32,000 nt of DNA from Halalkalibacterium halodurans (GTDB lineage Bacteria > Bacillota > Bacilli > Bacillales > Bacillaceae_D): positions 30,001-62,000 of the forward strand of contig NZ_SNUY01000014.1 of NCBI RefSeq assembly GCF_004376175.1. Reading direction: 5' to 3'. Below, in pieces: positions 1 to 9,307 of this stretch (the first letter of the stretch is position 1; every line of letters starts with the position of its first letter). The position numbers and the translations under genes were made by a program. The notes below the pieces were generated by a model. The model saw nothing but the letters and a program-made list of their open reading frames with translations. It ran no database searches and was not told where the DNA came from.

Positions 1-1274
1 TTAGTCCAATGCTGATCATTAATCTTTTCATTGTTCTGGGATGTCTAATCTACATGGGATGGCTATCCATATCAGTGCTCTTCATTGGACTAACATTTAT
101 GACGATAGCATTTTTTAGCTACCAAATGCTGATGAAGATAGCTAACAAATATCTAGCAAGTGCGAGAGAGGAACACGACTCACTTTTTAGACATTTTAAA
201 TCACTTACAAGCGGAACAAAAGAATTAAAAATGAGCAAACAGCGTCGAATAGATTTCTTCGATAAGCAGTTAACACCAACAATAAGGGGTGTTTATAAGG
301 ACACTGTAAAAGGCATGACAATATATACTGCAGCTGGAAACTGGGGACAAATGCTATTCCTGTTTTTTATTGCGCTGGTCATCTTCTTTATTCCCCAGCT
401 TAACCTAGTCAGTACAGAGATATTAACTGGATATACGCTATCGATTTTATATATGATCACACCTTTGGTTACAATCCTTAATGTCTTTCCAAACTTCGGG
501 CGTGCCAATGTGGCTCTTAGGAAGATTGAAAAGCTCGAACTCGCTACAGAGGATGAAGAGTTGATGAGCAATCGAGAACAGTTACCGAGTAGTTTTAACG
601 AGATCAGACTAATAGATTTAACCCACACGTATTATCGAGAAGAGGAAGATCATAACTTTACACTCGGACCAATCAATTTGACCTTCAAAGAAAATGAGCT
701 CATCTTCCTCGTAGGTGGTAACGGGAGTGGAAAAACAACACTAGCCAAACTGATTACCGGGTTATATGAGCCTGAAGGGGGGAGGATAGAGGTCAATGGT
801 CAGCCTATCACAGATAAGCACATTGATCATTACCGCCAGCTCTTTTCTACAGTGTTCTCAGATTTTTATCTTTTCGAGCAATTTATTGGTATCTCAGAAG
901 ACAAAGTAAAAGAGGAAGCGGAAGAGTACCTGCGGCTTCTTCAACTAAATCATAAGGTAAAGGTTGAAGAAGATCGCTTATCAACAACAGATCTGTCAGG
1001 AGGACAAAGGAAGCGACTTGCGTTGTTAGTTTCATATCTGGAGGATAGACCATTTTATGTATTTGATGAATGGGCGGCAGATCAGGATCCGCTGTTCAAA
1101 GACTTCTTTTATACAAAACTTCTACCAGCTTTGAAAGGTAAGGGCAAGACGGTGCTTGTAATCTCACATGATGATAAATATTTCAACGTGGCGGACAGAA
1201 TCATTAAGATAGACTACGGGCAAGTGATAAAAGATGAGCCTATTGAAGCACTATCACAGCAAGCAGCTGAGTAA
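1..1274 (+). CDS. ABC exporter, fused permease-ATPase of the cyclic-peptide / peptide-siderophore exporter type (SyrD/PvdE/YojI-like); 5' end outside window
   Basis: The frame stays open back to base 3, with no stop before the first ATG at 9, so the N-terminus is missing. Hydrophobic TM segments precede an NBD with Walker A GGNGSGKTT, ABC signature LSGGQRKRLAL, Walker B FYVFDEWAADQD and H-loop VISHD. It lies directly upstream of an MbtH-like gene. Confidence 0.85.
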   Translation, partial: SPMLIINLFIVLGCLIYMGWLSISVLFIGLTFMTIAFFSYQMLMKIANKYLASAREEHDSLFRHFKSLTSGTKELKMSKQRRIDFFDKQLTPTIRGVYKDTVKGMTIYTAAGNWGQMLFLFFIALVIFFIPQLNLVSTEILTGYTLSILYMITPLVTILNVFPNFGRANVALRKIEKLELATEDEELMSNREQLPSSFNEIRLIDLTHTYYREEEDHNFTLGPINLTFKENELIFLVGGNGSGKTTLAKLITGLYEPEGGRIEVNGQPITDKHIDHYRQLFSTVFSDFYLFEQFIGISEDKVKEEAEEYLRLLQLNHKVKVEEDRLSTTDLSGGQRKRLALLVSYLEDRPFYVFDEWAADQDPLFKDFFYTKLLPALKGKGKTVLVISHDDKYFNVADRIIKIDYGQVIKDEPIEALSQQAAE

Positions 1275-1353
1275 TCGGTGGGTTGCCACATATGCTATTT
1301 AAGTAATAGAAGATTCATTATACAGAAACTTCATTGAAAGGGGGTGATAAACC

Positions 1354-1563
1354 ATGGAGAACACAAACATCCAATATAAAGTTGTATACAATCACGAAGA
1401 ACAGTACTCAATTTGGCCAGCTCATAGAGAGCTGCCGAACGGATGGTTTGAGGAGGGTACGATTGGAGAGAAGGAAGAATGTCTTCAACGGATCGAGGAA
1501 GTATGGACAGATATGAGACCACTAAGTCTAAGAAAGCAACTATCTAAGGCTGAAGGCAATTAA
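1354..1563 (+). CDS. MbtH-like protein (NRPS adenylation-domain partner)
   Basis: The 69-aa product carries the family signature NHEEQYSIWP ... PNGW ... WTDMRP. SD GAAAGGGGGTGA lies 6-8 nt upstream of the ATG. Confidence 0.92.
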   Translation: MENTNIQYKVVYNHEEQYSIWPAHRELPNGWFEEGTIGEKEECLQRIEEVWTDMRPLSLRKQLSKAEGN

Positions 1564-1614
1564 TATAAAGCTTTATACATGTATTGATCTTTTAAAAAGG
1601 GGTGCATACGTGAG

Positions 1615-2040
1615 GTGAGCAACACTAGATATGAAGAAAAGTTACCTGATCTCTATTCTCTTAATAGAGATCAGGCTCAGCAGCATATTCTGAAATACCT
1701 AGAGCAGCTATTAATCGAACATACTGAATATGATGCGCAGCTCGAGATCGAAAATGTGAAGATCATGGAATGGGTACAGGACTCATTAACAGCAATTAAG
1801 CTAAAGGCACACATAGAAAAAGATATAGGAATAGAGATAGACGTATCTGAACTGTTTGAAGAGCAATCACTATTACAGTTAACAGCAATGATGATTGACC
1901 TCGTAGATGAACTGAGGCATTCATCCAGCTCTTCTATTGATTCGGGTGAGGAAAAGGATTTCTTCACTGAAGAGCTACAAAAGATGAGTGACGAAGAGAT
2001 CAATGAATTATATGAACAAATACAAAAAAGCAAGTCATAA
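1615..2040 (+). CDS. Stand-alone carrier protein (PCP/ACP-like) with N-terminal extension and acidic, Ser-rich C-terminal tail
   Basis: GTG start 6 nt after AAAAGGGGTG. The core EWVQDSLTAIKLKAHIEKDIGIEIDVSELFEEQSLLQLTAMM matches the carrier-protein helix II pattern (DSL with the phosphopantetheine Ser, then a hydrophobic helix). The tail is HSSSSSIDSGEEKDFFTEELQKMSDEEINELYEQIQ. Confidence 0.6.
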   Translation: MSNTRYEEKLPDLYSLNRDQAQQHILKYLEQLLIEHTEYDAQLEIENVKIMEWVQDSLTAIKLKAHIEKDIGIEIDVSELFEEQSLLQLTAMMIDLVDELRHSSSSSIDSGEEKDFFTEELQKMSDEEINELYEQIQKSKS

Positions 2041-2099
2041 ACGGATATTTTACAGGAAGAAGCTATAAATTCCTTAATATTGAGGGGTGAGATAAAGAT

Positions 2100-2837
2100 T
2101 TGCAGACAAAAGGTGTAATTGTAACAGGTGGTTCAAGGGGGATAGGAAGGGCAACAGTAGAATTGCTAGCAAGAGAAGGAGTTGATGTTGCTTTTACCTA
2201 CAACACAAACCATGAAGCCGCACAGGAAGTATGCGAATGCACAAAGCATGACAAAGGGAGAGTCAAGGGATTTCAAGCTAGTGCAAAATCGTTCAGTGAA
2301 GCAAAAGAAGTCGTTCATGAAATGACAGCATTTTTAGGGAGAATAGATGGCTTAGTACTGAATGCAGGAATAAATAAGGATATGCCGTTAATGATGATGA
2401 GCGAAGAAGACTGGGACAATGTCATTACTACAAACATTGGTGGTGTATTCAATTATACGAAGCCTGTTATTTATCAGATGATGAAGCAAAAGCATGGAAA
2501 AATTGTCTGTATCACATCCGTCAGTGGCTTAAAAGGGATATCTGGTCAGACAAATTATTCAGCTTCAAAAGCAGCACAAATTGGCTTTGTCCGTTCTCTA
2601 TCAAAAGAGGTCGCACGATTTAACATTAACGTTAATGCTATTGCACCAGGGTTTATCGAAACGGATATGTGGTCTTCAATTGCTCAAAAGCAGAGGGAGG
2701 AGATTCAACAGGAGATTCCCTTCGGTAGACCAGGAAAAGTAGATGAAGTATCAGAGGTGATTAAGTTTTTATTATCTGATAAATCAAGCTATATGACTGG
2801 AAGTGTCATTGTTGTTGATGGTGGCTTAAGCTCATAA
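2100..2837 (+). CDS. 3-oxoacyl-ACP reductase (FabG-type SDR ketoreductase)
   Basis: TTG start after GAGGGGTGAG. Cofactor motif TGGSRGIGRA, NAG motif LNAGI, catalytic S...YSASK. Confidence 0.9.
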   Translation: MQTKGVIVTGGSRGIGRATVELLAREGVDVAFTYNTNHEAAQEVCECTKHDKGRVKGFQASAKSFSEAKEVVHEMTAFLGRIDGLVLNAGINKDMPLMMMSEEDWDNVITTNIGGVFNYTKPVIYQMMKQKHGKIVCITSVSGLKGISGQTNYSASKAAQIGFVRSLSKEVARFNINVNAIAPGFIETDMWSSIAQKQREEIQQEIPFGRPGKVDEVSEVIKFLLSDKSSYMTGSVIVVDGGLSS

Positions 2838-2928
2838 CCAACAATGGCTATACATTGATATACGCTTGACTAATACAAGGATGGGCACGAATTGAACATC
2901 TAAATACACAAATCTTGGAGGGATAATA

Positions 2929-3180
2929 ATGAAAATTTTAAAGGAAGATTTAAAAGAATTAATCGTAGAAATCATTGAGGAAGAGGATTTACAAGATACG
3001 GATCATTTTGTTGACGATCTTGGTGTAGACTCGATGATGGCTATTGAAATTGTCGCACAAATCGAAAAGAAATATAAAATTACAATTTCAGAAGAATACT
3101 TACCAAAAGTAACTTCATTGAATGACGTTTATGAAGTGGTCACAAATATTGTGGAAAGCACTGTAGTAAAAGAAGGGTAG
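2929..3180 (+). CDS. Acyl carrier protein
   Basis: The 83-aa acidic protein has DDLGVDSMMAIEIVAQIEKKY (DSM with the phosphopantetheine Ser). SD GGAGGG upstream. Confidence 0.88.
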   Translation: MKILKEDLKELIVEIIEEEDLQDTDHFVDDLGVDSMMAIEIVAQIEKKYKITISEEYLPKVTSLNDVYEVVTNIVESTVVKEG

Positions 3181-3184
3181 CTCA

Positions 3185-4402
3185 ATGGAAAGAAAGAGAA
3201 TTGTCATAACTGGAATAGGTGTACTTACTCCTATCGGTTCAGGAAAAGAAGTGTTCTGGGAGAATTTATGTCAAGGTAAAGTTGGAACAGAAGAAGAAGT
3301 GACAGCCTTTAATACAGAAAAATTTGACTGTCATATTGGTGGAGAAGTAAGAGATATTGATCCTGAACAGTTTTTTGAAAAGAATGCTCCTAGCTTAGTA
3401 GGGAGAACGACCCAGCTAGCAGTGGCTGCTGCAAAGATGGCTGTCAAAGATGCTAACATACCAGATTTCTGTGCAAATGCTGATAGAGTCTCAGTTTGTA
3501 TGGGCACGACAATGGGAAACAATAGCGTGATTGAAAAGTATCATGAGAACAGTTTAACGAGTGAGCAAGAAGCGAGTACCGAGTATATGACAAATTATTC
3601 TCTAAATCGGTTATCTTCAGTCGTTGCAGAAGAACTAGGCGCAGAAGGGACATGTATGGTGGTCCCTACTGCCTGCGCCGCAGGAAACTATGCGATTGGA
3701 CTTGGAAAGGATTTGATTGAAGAAGGGAAAGCAGATAAGGCCATTGTAGGTGGTGCTGATGCAATGTCCCGTGTCATATACACAACATTTTCTCGTTTAG
3801 GTGCGATGGCTCAAAGCGCTTCAAAGCCCTTTGATAAAAATAGAGACGGCATTAATGTGAGTGAAGGAGCAGGAGTATTAGTTTTAGAGGATTATGAAAA
3901 GGCTAAACAACGAGGGGCAAGAATATATGCCGAGCTGCTTGGGCATGGATTAGCATGTGATGCACATCATCCCACAGCGCCTCACCCTGAAGGAGAAGGG
4001 GCTGAACAAGCAATTAAAAAGGCTCTCATCGACGCAGGAATATCTGTTGAAGATGTTTCATATATAAATGCACACGGAACGGGTACAAAAGCGAATGATC
4101 AAACAGAATCGATGGCGATTAAAAATGTTTTTGGCCCATACGCTGACCAAGTTCCTGTTAGTTCAGTTAAATCGATGTTAGGCCATACTATGGGGGCAGC
4201 AAGTGCGATAGAAGCAATCGTCTGTACCCTATCAATCTATCACTCACTTATTCCCCCAACGATGAATATCGAAGTTCTGGATGAAGAATGTTTAAGTAGT
4301 GTGGTTGTAAAAGAGCCTATAGCAAAGCCGGTGAAATTCGCTATTAGTAATTCATTCGCCTTTGGTGGGAACATTTCGATTATATCTTTAGGGAGTGTAT
4401 AA
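3185..4402 (+). CDS. Beta-ketoacyl-ACP synthase, KS-alpha (FabF / type II KS family, catalytically complete)
   Basis: Cys-His-His triad is present: PTACAAGN (Cys codon TGC at 3674-3676), DAHHPTAP, NAHGTGT, plus GHTMGAAS. It starts 4 nt after the ACP stop. Confidence 0.92.
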   Translation: MERKRIVITGIGVLTPIGSGKEVFWENLCQGKVGTEEEVTAFNTEKFDCHIGGEVRDIDPEQFFEKNAPSLVGRTTQLAVAAAKMAVKDANIPDFCANADRVSVCMGTTMGNNSVIEKYHENSLTSEQEASTEYMTNYSLNRLSSVVAEELGAEGTCMVVPTACAAGNYAIGLGKDLIEEGKADKAIVGGADAMSRVIYTTFSRLGAMAQSASKPFDKNRDGINVSEGAGVLVLEDYEKAKQRGARIYAELLGHGLACDAHHPTAPHPEGEGAEQAIKKALIDAGISVEDVSYINAHGTGTKANDQTESMAIKNVFGPYADQVPVSSVKSMLGHTMGAASAIEAIVCTLSIYHSLIPPTMNIEVLDEECLSSVVVKEPIAKPVKFAISNSFAFGGNISIISLGSV

Positions 4403-5659
4403 ATGATGAATGACCTACAGGATCCAATAGTTATAAGTGGAATTGGTCAGGTTTCACCGTATGGGATTGATAAGGAGCTATTATGGAACGTACTGTTTAA
4501 AACAAAAAGCGAAATTGATCAACTGAAAAAAAGTAGGATTGGAAACATTGATGAGGAGAATGGTTTATTCATTCCCTCCGATTGGAATCCAAAAGAGCTA
4601 TTAGGTAAACGTGGGCTCCAATTCTTGAATGCGAGTACTAAGTATCTAATGGCTGCGACTAATCTAGCTCTAGAGCATGCACAATTATCTAGCGAAACGG
4701 TAAATGCCGAAGAATTAGGAGTCGTTGTAGGCTGCAACTATACAGGATTAGCCGTTTCAATAGAATATGATCAAATCGCAATTACGGAAGGGCCAAGATA
4801 CGTTAGCCCAATGCAAGCTCCAAATATTTTAGCAAATGCTCCTGCATCTCACTTAGGGATTAGGGTACAGGCTCAAGCTTGTAATACAACGATATCTACC
4901 GGTCAATGTGCGGGCTTAGATGCACTCGGCTACAGTATGAACCTACTAAAAAGAAACAGGGCCAAATATGTCATCGTTGGTGGTGTTGAAGAGTTAAACG
5001 AAAGTGTCATACAGTACCTCAAGCGTTCGGACCATACTCCTAAGAATATGACTGATAAACAAGGGATACCGTATGCACCAGATTCAGCTGGAATTCTGCC
5101 TAGTGAGGGAGCTGTCACGGTCATACTAGAAAGAAAATCTACTGCAATCGATAGAGGAATCCAACCTTTAGCAGAGCTGGTTTCTTGGGATAATGTGTTT
5201 GCTGCACGGAAGGACGAATCTCATCGAGTTGCAGCGGTGAGAAGAGCACTAACCTCTGTAGTAAATGCAGCTTCAGCATCCATAGAAGATATAGGCCTGA
5301 TATTTTCAGGGGCAAATGGGGACTATGAAATAGATCGAGTAGAACTGCTCGCATTGCAAGAACTACTAGAAATGGGAGAAAAGCAAGTGAATAGCCCTAA
5401 GGTTTTTCCTATCAAATCAGTAGTAGGAGAGGCATTTGGTGCGAGCGGTTTGTTTCAACTGTCAGGAGCTTTAGGCTTTTTAAACAAAAAGAAATGGCCA
5501 AGCCCGTATGGAAATGATGCGGATCAAGTTGATCCAACCTTTGCCTCTCTACTGAACTATAATCAAGCGTGGACTGAAGAAAATGAATGTCCATATATTG
5601 CGCTTACTTCCCATAGCCGATCAGGAGAAACGAGTGCAATCCTTATTCGTTCAACATAG
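4403..5659 (+). CDS. KS-beta / chain-length-factor-like ketosynthase paralogue (active-site Cys replaced by Gln, both His lost)
   Basis: The ATG abuts the KS-alpha TAA stop. Thiolase-fold length, with STGQCAGLDAL in which Gln (CAA 4904-4906) sits 4 residues before LD, the position of the KS cysteine. The HGTxT position reads SGANGD and the GHxxGAAG position reads GEAFGASG. Confidence 0.8.
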   Translation: MMNDLQDPIVISGIGQVSPYGIDKELLWNVLFKTKSEIDQLKKSRIGNIDEENGLFIPSDWNPKELLGKRGLQFLNASTKYLMAATNLALEHAQLSSETVNAEELGVVVGCNYTGLAVSIEYDQIAITEGPRYVSPMQAPNILANAPASHLGIRVQAQACNTTISTGQCAGLDALGYSMNLLKRNRAKYVIVGGVEELNESVIQYLKRSDHTPKNMTDKQGIPYAPDSAGILPSEGAVTVILERKSTAIDRGIQPLAELVSWDNVFAARKDESHRVAAVRRALTSVVNAASASIEDIGLIFSGANGDYEIDRVELLALQELLEMGEKQVNSPKVFPIKSVVGEAFGASGLFQLSGALGFLNKKKWPSPYGNDADQVDPTFASLLNYNQAWTEENECPYIALTSHSRSGETSAILIRST

Positions 5660-5700
5660 ATTTAACAAGATGAACAGTGGAAAGAAGGAGTGGTATATGA

Positions 5701-6147
5701 ATGGATCAGAACCTTAGTTATGAACAAGTGCGATCTCTGCTACCTCAAAAACATCCCTTTATCTTCATAGATACAGTAGAGCAGATAGAGCCAGATAACA
5801 GAATTGTATGTGTTAAAAATCTGACAGGGAATGAGTGGTACGTTCCAGGCCATTTCCCTGACCAAACCGTTTTTCCGGGAGTGTTACTCGTTGAGGCGAT
5901 GGCTCAATCAGGTATTTTATTATACAAGCTAAGTCAGGAGGATATCAGTAGTACTGAGAAACAACAGTTTCTTCTATCAGGAGTGAAAGTGCGCTTTTTA
6001 AATCCGGCTGTACCAGGTAATCAAATCAGAATTGAAACAGAGTATGTCAAAATGACGGCAAATGCTGGGATTGTAACGTCAACAGGCTGGGTTGGTGAAT
6101 CAAAAATTGCTAAAGCAGATATTACGCTTGCAATATCTAATAAATGA
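5701..6147 (+). CDS. 3-hydroxyacyl-ACP dehydratase (FabZ-type hot-dog fold)
   Basis: HPFIFIDTV ... PGHFPDQTVFPGVLLVEAMAQ contains the catalytic His and Glu of FabZ. Confidence 0.88.
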   Translation: MDQNLSYEQVRSLLPQKHPFIFIDTVEQIEPDNRIVCVKNLTGNEWYVPGHFPDQTVFPGVLLVEAMAQSGILLYKLSQEDISSTEKQQFLLSGVKVRFLNPAVPGNQIRIETEYVKMTANAGIVTSTGWVGESKIAKADITLAISNK

Positions 6148-7886
6148 GGATGGATGCAATGAATAATTCGTTTAACCGCTTAACGGATGTTATCTTATCA
6201 AAACGTAACGTGCACGACAGAGGAATCACATTTATTAAGGAGGAAAATATAGAGCATTTCGTATCCTATCATGACCTTCTGGACTCAGCTCTATCAATCA
6301 CTGGGTACCTTCAGCAGGTTGGAATCAAACCAGGAGATGAGGTTGTTTTACAAACGGAAGATGTTGAGCAATTTGTATATGCTTACTGGGCGTGTATATT
6401 AGGGGGATTTGTACCTGTACCGTTAAGTATTGGTGTGAATAAAGATCAACGTTTAAAGTTGTTGAACGTATGGGAGTACCTCAACAACCCGTTCTTACTT
6501 ACGAACGAAAAAAATACCCAGAGATTAGTGCGTTTTGCACAAAAATATTCCGTCACACAGCAATTTAAGCCGATATTAGAAACAAAAATAATCATTGAAC
6601 AGGCGGTCGAACAGGGTTCACCTGGATCGGTTTACACCCCAGAAGTGGACGATGTGGCGATGATACAGTTTTCTTCAGGGTCAACAGGGAGACCTAAAGG
6701 GGTGGCACTAACTCATCTAAATGTAATGACAAATATTAAAGACATTATTAGTGTAGGTCGAAATAAATGGGCTGATGACAGATTTGTTAGTTGGTTACCA
6801 ATGACACATGATTTTGGGCTTATTGCGCTACATTTGTTTCCGTTAACAGCGAACGCAAATCATATGATTATGCCAACACAGATGTTTATCATGTCGCCGT
6901 TACTATGGTTACGCAAAGCGAGTGAGTATAAGGCAACATGTCTAGCTTCTCCTAACTTCGGCTATCAGTACCTACTTAAATATCTTCAAGCATCGCGACT
7001 GAATCAATCGAAGTTAGATTTGTCGTCTGTAAGGTATATTTTCAATAGCGCAGAACAAATATCGCCTCAATTAGCTCGGTTATTTGTTGAAGCGTTGGAA
7101 CCTTACAATTTAAAAAGAAATGTAATTGTTCCAGCCTACGGCCTAGCAGAAGCAAGCGTAGCAGTTACAGTCTGTGAATTGTTTCAACCAATGAAAACGT
7201 ATGCCATCTCCCGTGATCAGTTAGATATTGGTTCAGAAATTCAAGAGGTACAGCAAGGTGGACTTGAATTAGTTGATTTAGGAAAATCCTTGCCGTCTGT
7301 TTCTATCAGGGTTTGTGATGATCAAGATAATGACCTTGGTGAAGATAGAATTGGACATATCCAAATGAGAGGGAAAAATGTAACCAAAGGCTATTATAAT
7401 AGCCCGGAAAGAAATGAACAATTATTTACACATGACGGTTATCTTAGAACGGGTGACATCGGATTTATTAAAGAAGGGAGCCTTGTTATAACTGGAAGAA
7501 AAAAGGATTTGGTTATAATTAATGGTCAAAATCTATATCCTTATGATATTGAAAGAGTGGCAGAAGAAGTTGAAGGATTAGAATTAAATACGTTTGCTTG
7601 CACTAGTGTTTATAATGACCAACTTGGCGAAGAAGAAGTGATTGGATTTTTGTTACATAGAGGCGACCTAAAAGATATCGTTCAACTAGCCCAAAAAGTC
7701 CAAAAGCATATCAAAGAACAAATGGGAGTGTTGTTAAAACAGTTCATTCCTGTGAAAAACATCCCTAGAACAACAAGCGGAAAAATTCAACGTTATCAAT
7801 TAGCGAAAGATTATGTACAAGGCGTTTATGATCAACAAATACAGGAATTTAACAAACTTTGTATGCACGAGTCTACAACGTTATAG
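6144..7886 (+). CDS. Fatty acyl-AMP ligase / acyl-ACP-loading adenylate-forming enzyme (FAAL-like)
   Basis: The ATG overlaps the FabZ stop (ATGA). ANL core motifs are QFSSGSTGRPKGV, YGLAEAS, TGDIG, GRKKDLVIINGQN, plus the C-terminal SGKIQR. The N-terminal layout is typical of FAALs. Whether it is a true FAAL or a CoA ligase cannot be decided by eye. Confidence 0.82.
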   Translation: MRMDAMNNSFNRLTDVILSKRNVHDRGITFIKEENIEHFVSYHDLLDSALSITGYLQQVGIKPGDEVVLQTEDVEQFVYAYWACILGGFVPVPLSIGVNKDQRLKLLNVWEYLNNPFLLTNEKNTQRLVRFAQKYSVTQQFKPILETKIIIEQAVEQGSPGSVYTPEVDDVAMIQFSSGSTGRPKGVALTHLNVMTNIKDIISVGRNKWADDRFVSWLPMTHDFGLIALHLFPLTANANHMIMPTQMFIMSPLLWLRKASEYKATCLASPNFGYQYLLKYLQASRLNQSKLDLSSVRYIFNSAEQISPQLARLFVEALEPYNLKRNVIVPAYGLAEASVAVTVCELFQPMKTYAISRDQLDIGSEIQEVQQGGLELVDLGKSLPSVSIRVCDDQDNDLGEDRIGHIQMRGKNVTKGYYNSPERNEQLFTHDGYLRTGDIGFIKEGSLVITGRKKDLVIINGQNLYPYDIERVAEEVEGLELNTFACTSVYNDQLGEEEVIGFLLHRGDLKDIVQLAQKVQKHIKEQMGVLLKQFIPVKNIPRTTSGKIQRYQLAKDYVQGVYDQQIQEFNKLCMHESTTL

Positions 7887-7945
7887 TAGAACAGTTGTTA
7901 TAAAGGAGCATACACCTTATAACAATTGATTAAGGAGGAAATGCG

Positions 7946-9307
7946 ATGAATTATCTGAATATAAAGACTACCCTTCCGGGGCCTCGCTCCAAAGAAATTT
8001 TAAATGAAAAGAATTCAGTGGCAAGAGCATTCGGTACATTTGTACCAGCAATAATAGATTATGCTCGTGGTGCCCAAGTGTGGGACCTAGATGGAAATCA
8101 ATTCATCGATCTTGCTGGAGGAGTAGGTTCGTTAAACGTGGGACATAGTCATCCAAAAGTGGTTGACGTTATACAAAAGCAAGCGGATAAATTTACACAT
8201 ACAGACTTCACAGTTATTCCTTATCAATCCTATTTTAAACTAGCAGAAAGACTCTGTTCCAAAATGCCTGGAGTTGAAGAAAAAAAAGCATGTTTCTTTA
8301 ATTCTGGTACAGAGGCAGTTGAAAATGCGATAAAGATTGCACGGAAAGCAACAGGACGCAGGTCTGTCATTTGCTTTAAAGGAGCCTTTCATGGGAGAAC
8401 GATGCTGTCATTATCGCTTACGAGCAAGATAAAGCCTTATAAAGAAGGAATGGGTCCATTCTTCAATGATATCTATCGTGTCCCTTATCCTTACGTGTAC
8501 CGTTGGGAGGATAGGGTCTGCTCAGAAGAAGTATCAAATCGAGCAATAAAAATGTTAAAGGAATTGTTTGTTAAGCAGGTTGATCCAAATGATGTCGCAG
8601 CACTGATAATCGAGCCGATTCAAGGAGAAGCAGGCTTTATTAATCCACCTATGCCTTATCTCCATCAAGTTCAGGAAGTATGTAATGAGTATGGTATCGT
8701 TTTCATAGTCGATGAGGTTCAAACAGGATACGGGAGAACGGGATGCTTTTTAGCGTCTGAATACTATGGTATCGAACCAGACTTAATCACGTTAGGAAAA
8801 TCTATCGCTGCTGGCCTTCCGCTTTCAGCCATTATCGGAAAAGAAAGAATCATGGACAGTGCAGGTGATGGAGCGGTTGGTGGTACATTTGTTGGAAATC
8901 CGATTGCCTGTACTGCAGCACTTGCAGTGCTAGACATATACGAAGAAGAAAACCTAGGTGAGCGGGCGAATAAAATAGGAGAAAAGATTGATCAATGGTT
9001 GCATCAATTGAAGAATAAATCACACCTTATTGGTGATATACGTGGAGTAGGAGCAATGAAAGCTTTTGAGCTTGTAAGAGACCACGAGACAAGAGAGCCA
9101 GCAGATGAAGAAACGTATGAAATTATTCAGCGCTGTTTGCATAAAGGGGTCATTCTATTTAAAGCAGGATTATATAACAATGTAATAAGGTTTTTAGTTC
9201 CGTTGGTGATTACTGACGATCAACTAGAAGAAGCGCTAGACGTGATAGAAGAGTGTGTAATCGAAGTCACGCATCAATATGAACGTCAGACGGTCGCTCA
9301 TGGGTAA
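7946..9307 (+). CDS. Class III PLP-dependent aminotransferase (GabT / omega-transaminase-like); last codons rewritten by IS insertion
   Basis: SGTEAVENAIKIAR, DEVQTGYGRTG and PLP-lysine motif TLGKSIAAGLPLS. The final Gly codon and the TAA stop (9303-9307) are supplied by the IS6 end. Confidence 0.9.
   Translation: MNYLNIKTTLPGPRSKEILNEKNSVARAFGTFVPAIIDYARGAQVWDLDGNQFIDLAGGVGSLNVGHSHPKVVDVIQKQADKFTHTDFTVIPYQSYFKLAERLCSKMPGVEEKKACFFNSGTEAVENAIKIARKATGRRSVICFKGAFHGRTMLSLSLTSKIKPYKEGMGPFFNDIYRVPYPYVYRWEDRVCSEEVSNRAIKMLKELFVKQVDPNDVAALIIEPIQGEAGFINPPMPYLHQVQEVCNEYGIVFIVDEVQTGYGRTGCFLASEYYGIEPDLITLGKSIAAGLPLSAIIGKERIMDSAGDGAVGGTFVGNPIACTAALAVLDIYEEENLGERANKIGEKIDQWLHQLKNKSHLIGDIRGVGAMKAFELVRDHETREPADEETYEIIQRCLHKGVILFKAGLYNNVIRFLVPLVITDDQLEEALDVIEECVIEVTHQYERQTVAHG
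9295..9302. repeat. Left copy of 8-bp target-site duplication CGCTCATG of the IS6-family element
   Basis: It is identical to 11136-11143 and immediately flanks the terminal inverted repeats. Confidence 0.75.

Noticed and set aside
293-628. Antisense or alternative-frame ORFs of 60-141 aa embedded in well-supported genes. Examples: 293-628(-), 1677-2033(-), 3331-3653(-), 4519-5594(-), 10466-10842, 11236-11565(-), 17484-17723(-), 18810-19058(-), 20974-21293(-), 24226-24784, 26475-27209, 28164-28391(-), 29661-30606(-).
   Set aside because: All lie opposite or out of frame to genes with clear family motifs. They lack SD sequences and have low-complexity or Cys/Ser/Leu-rich translations typical of shadow ORFs.
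1331-1522. Two ORFs (1334-1516 + and 1331-1522 -) overlapping the MbtH-like gene.
   Set aside because: Only the 1354-1563 frame carries the diagnostic MbtH signature and an SD. The others are frame shadows.
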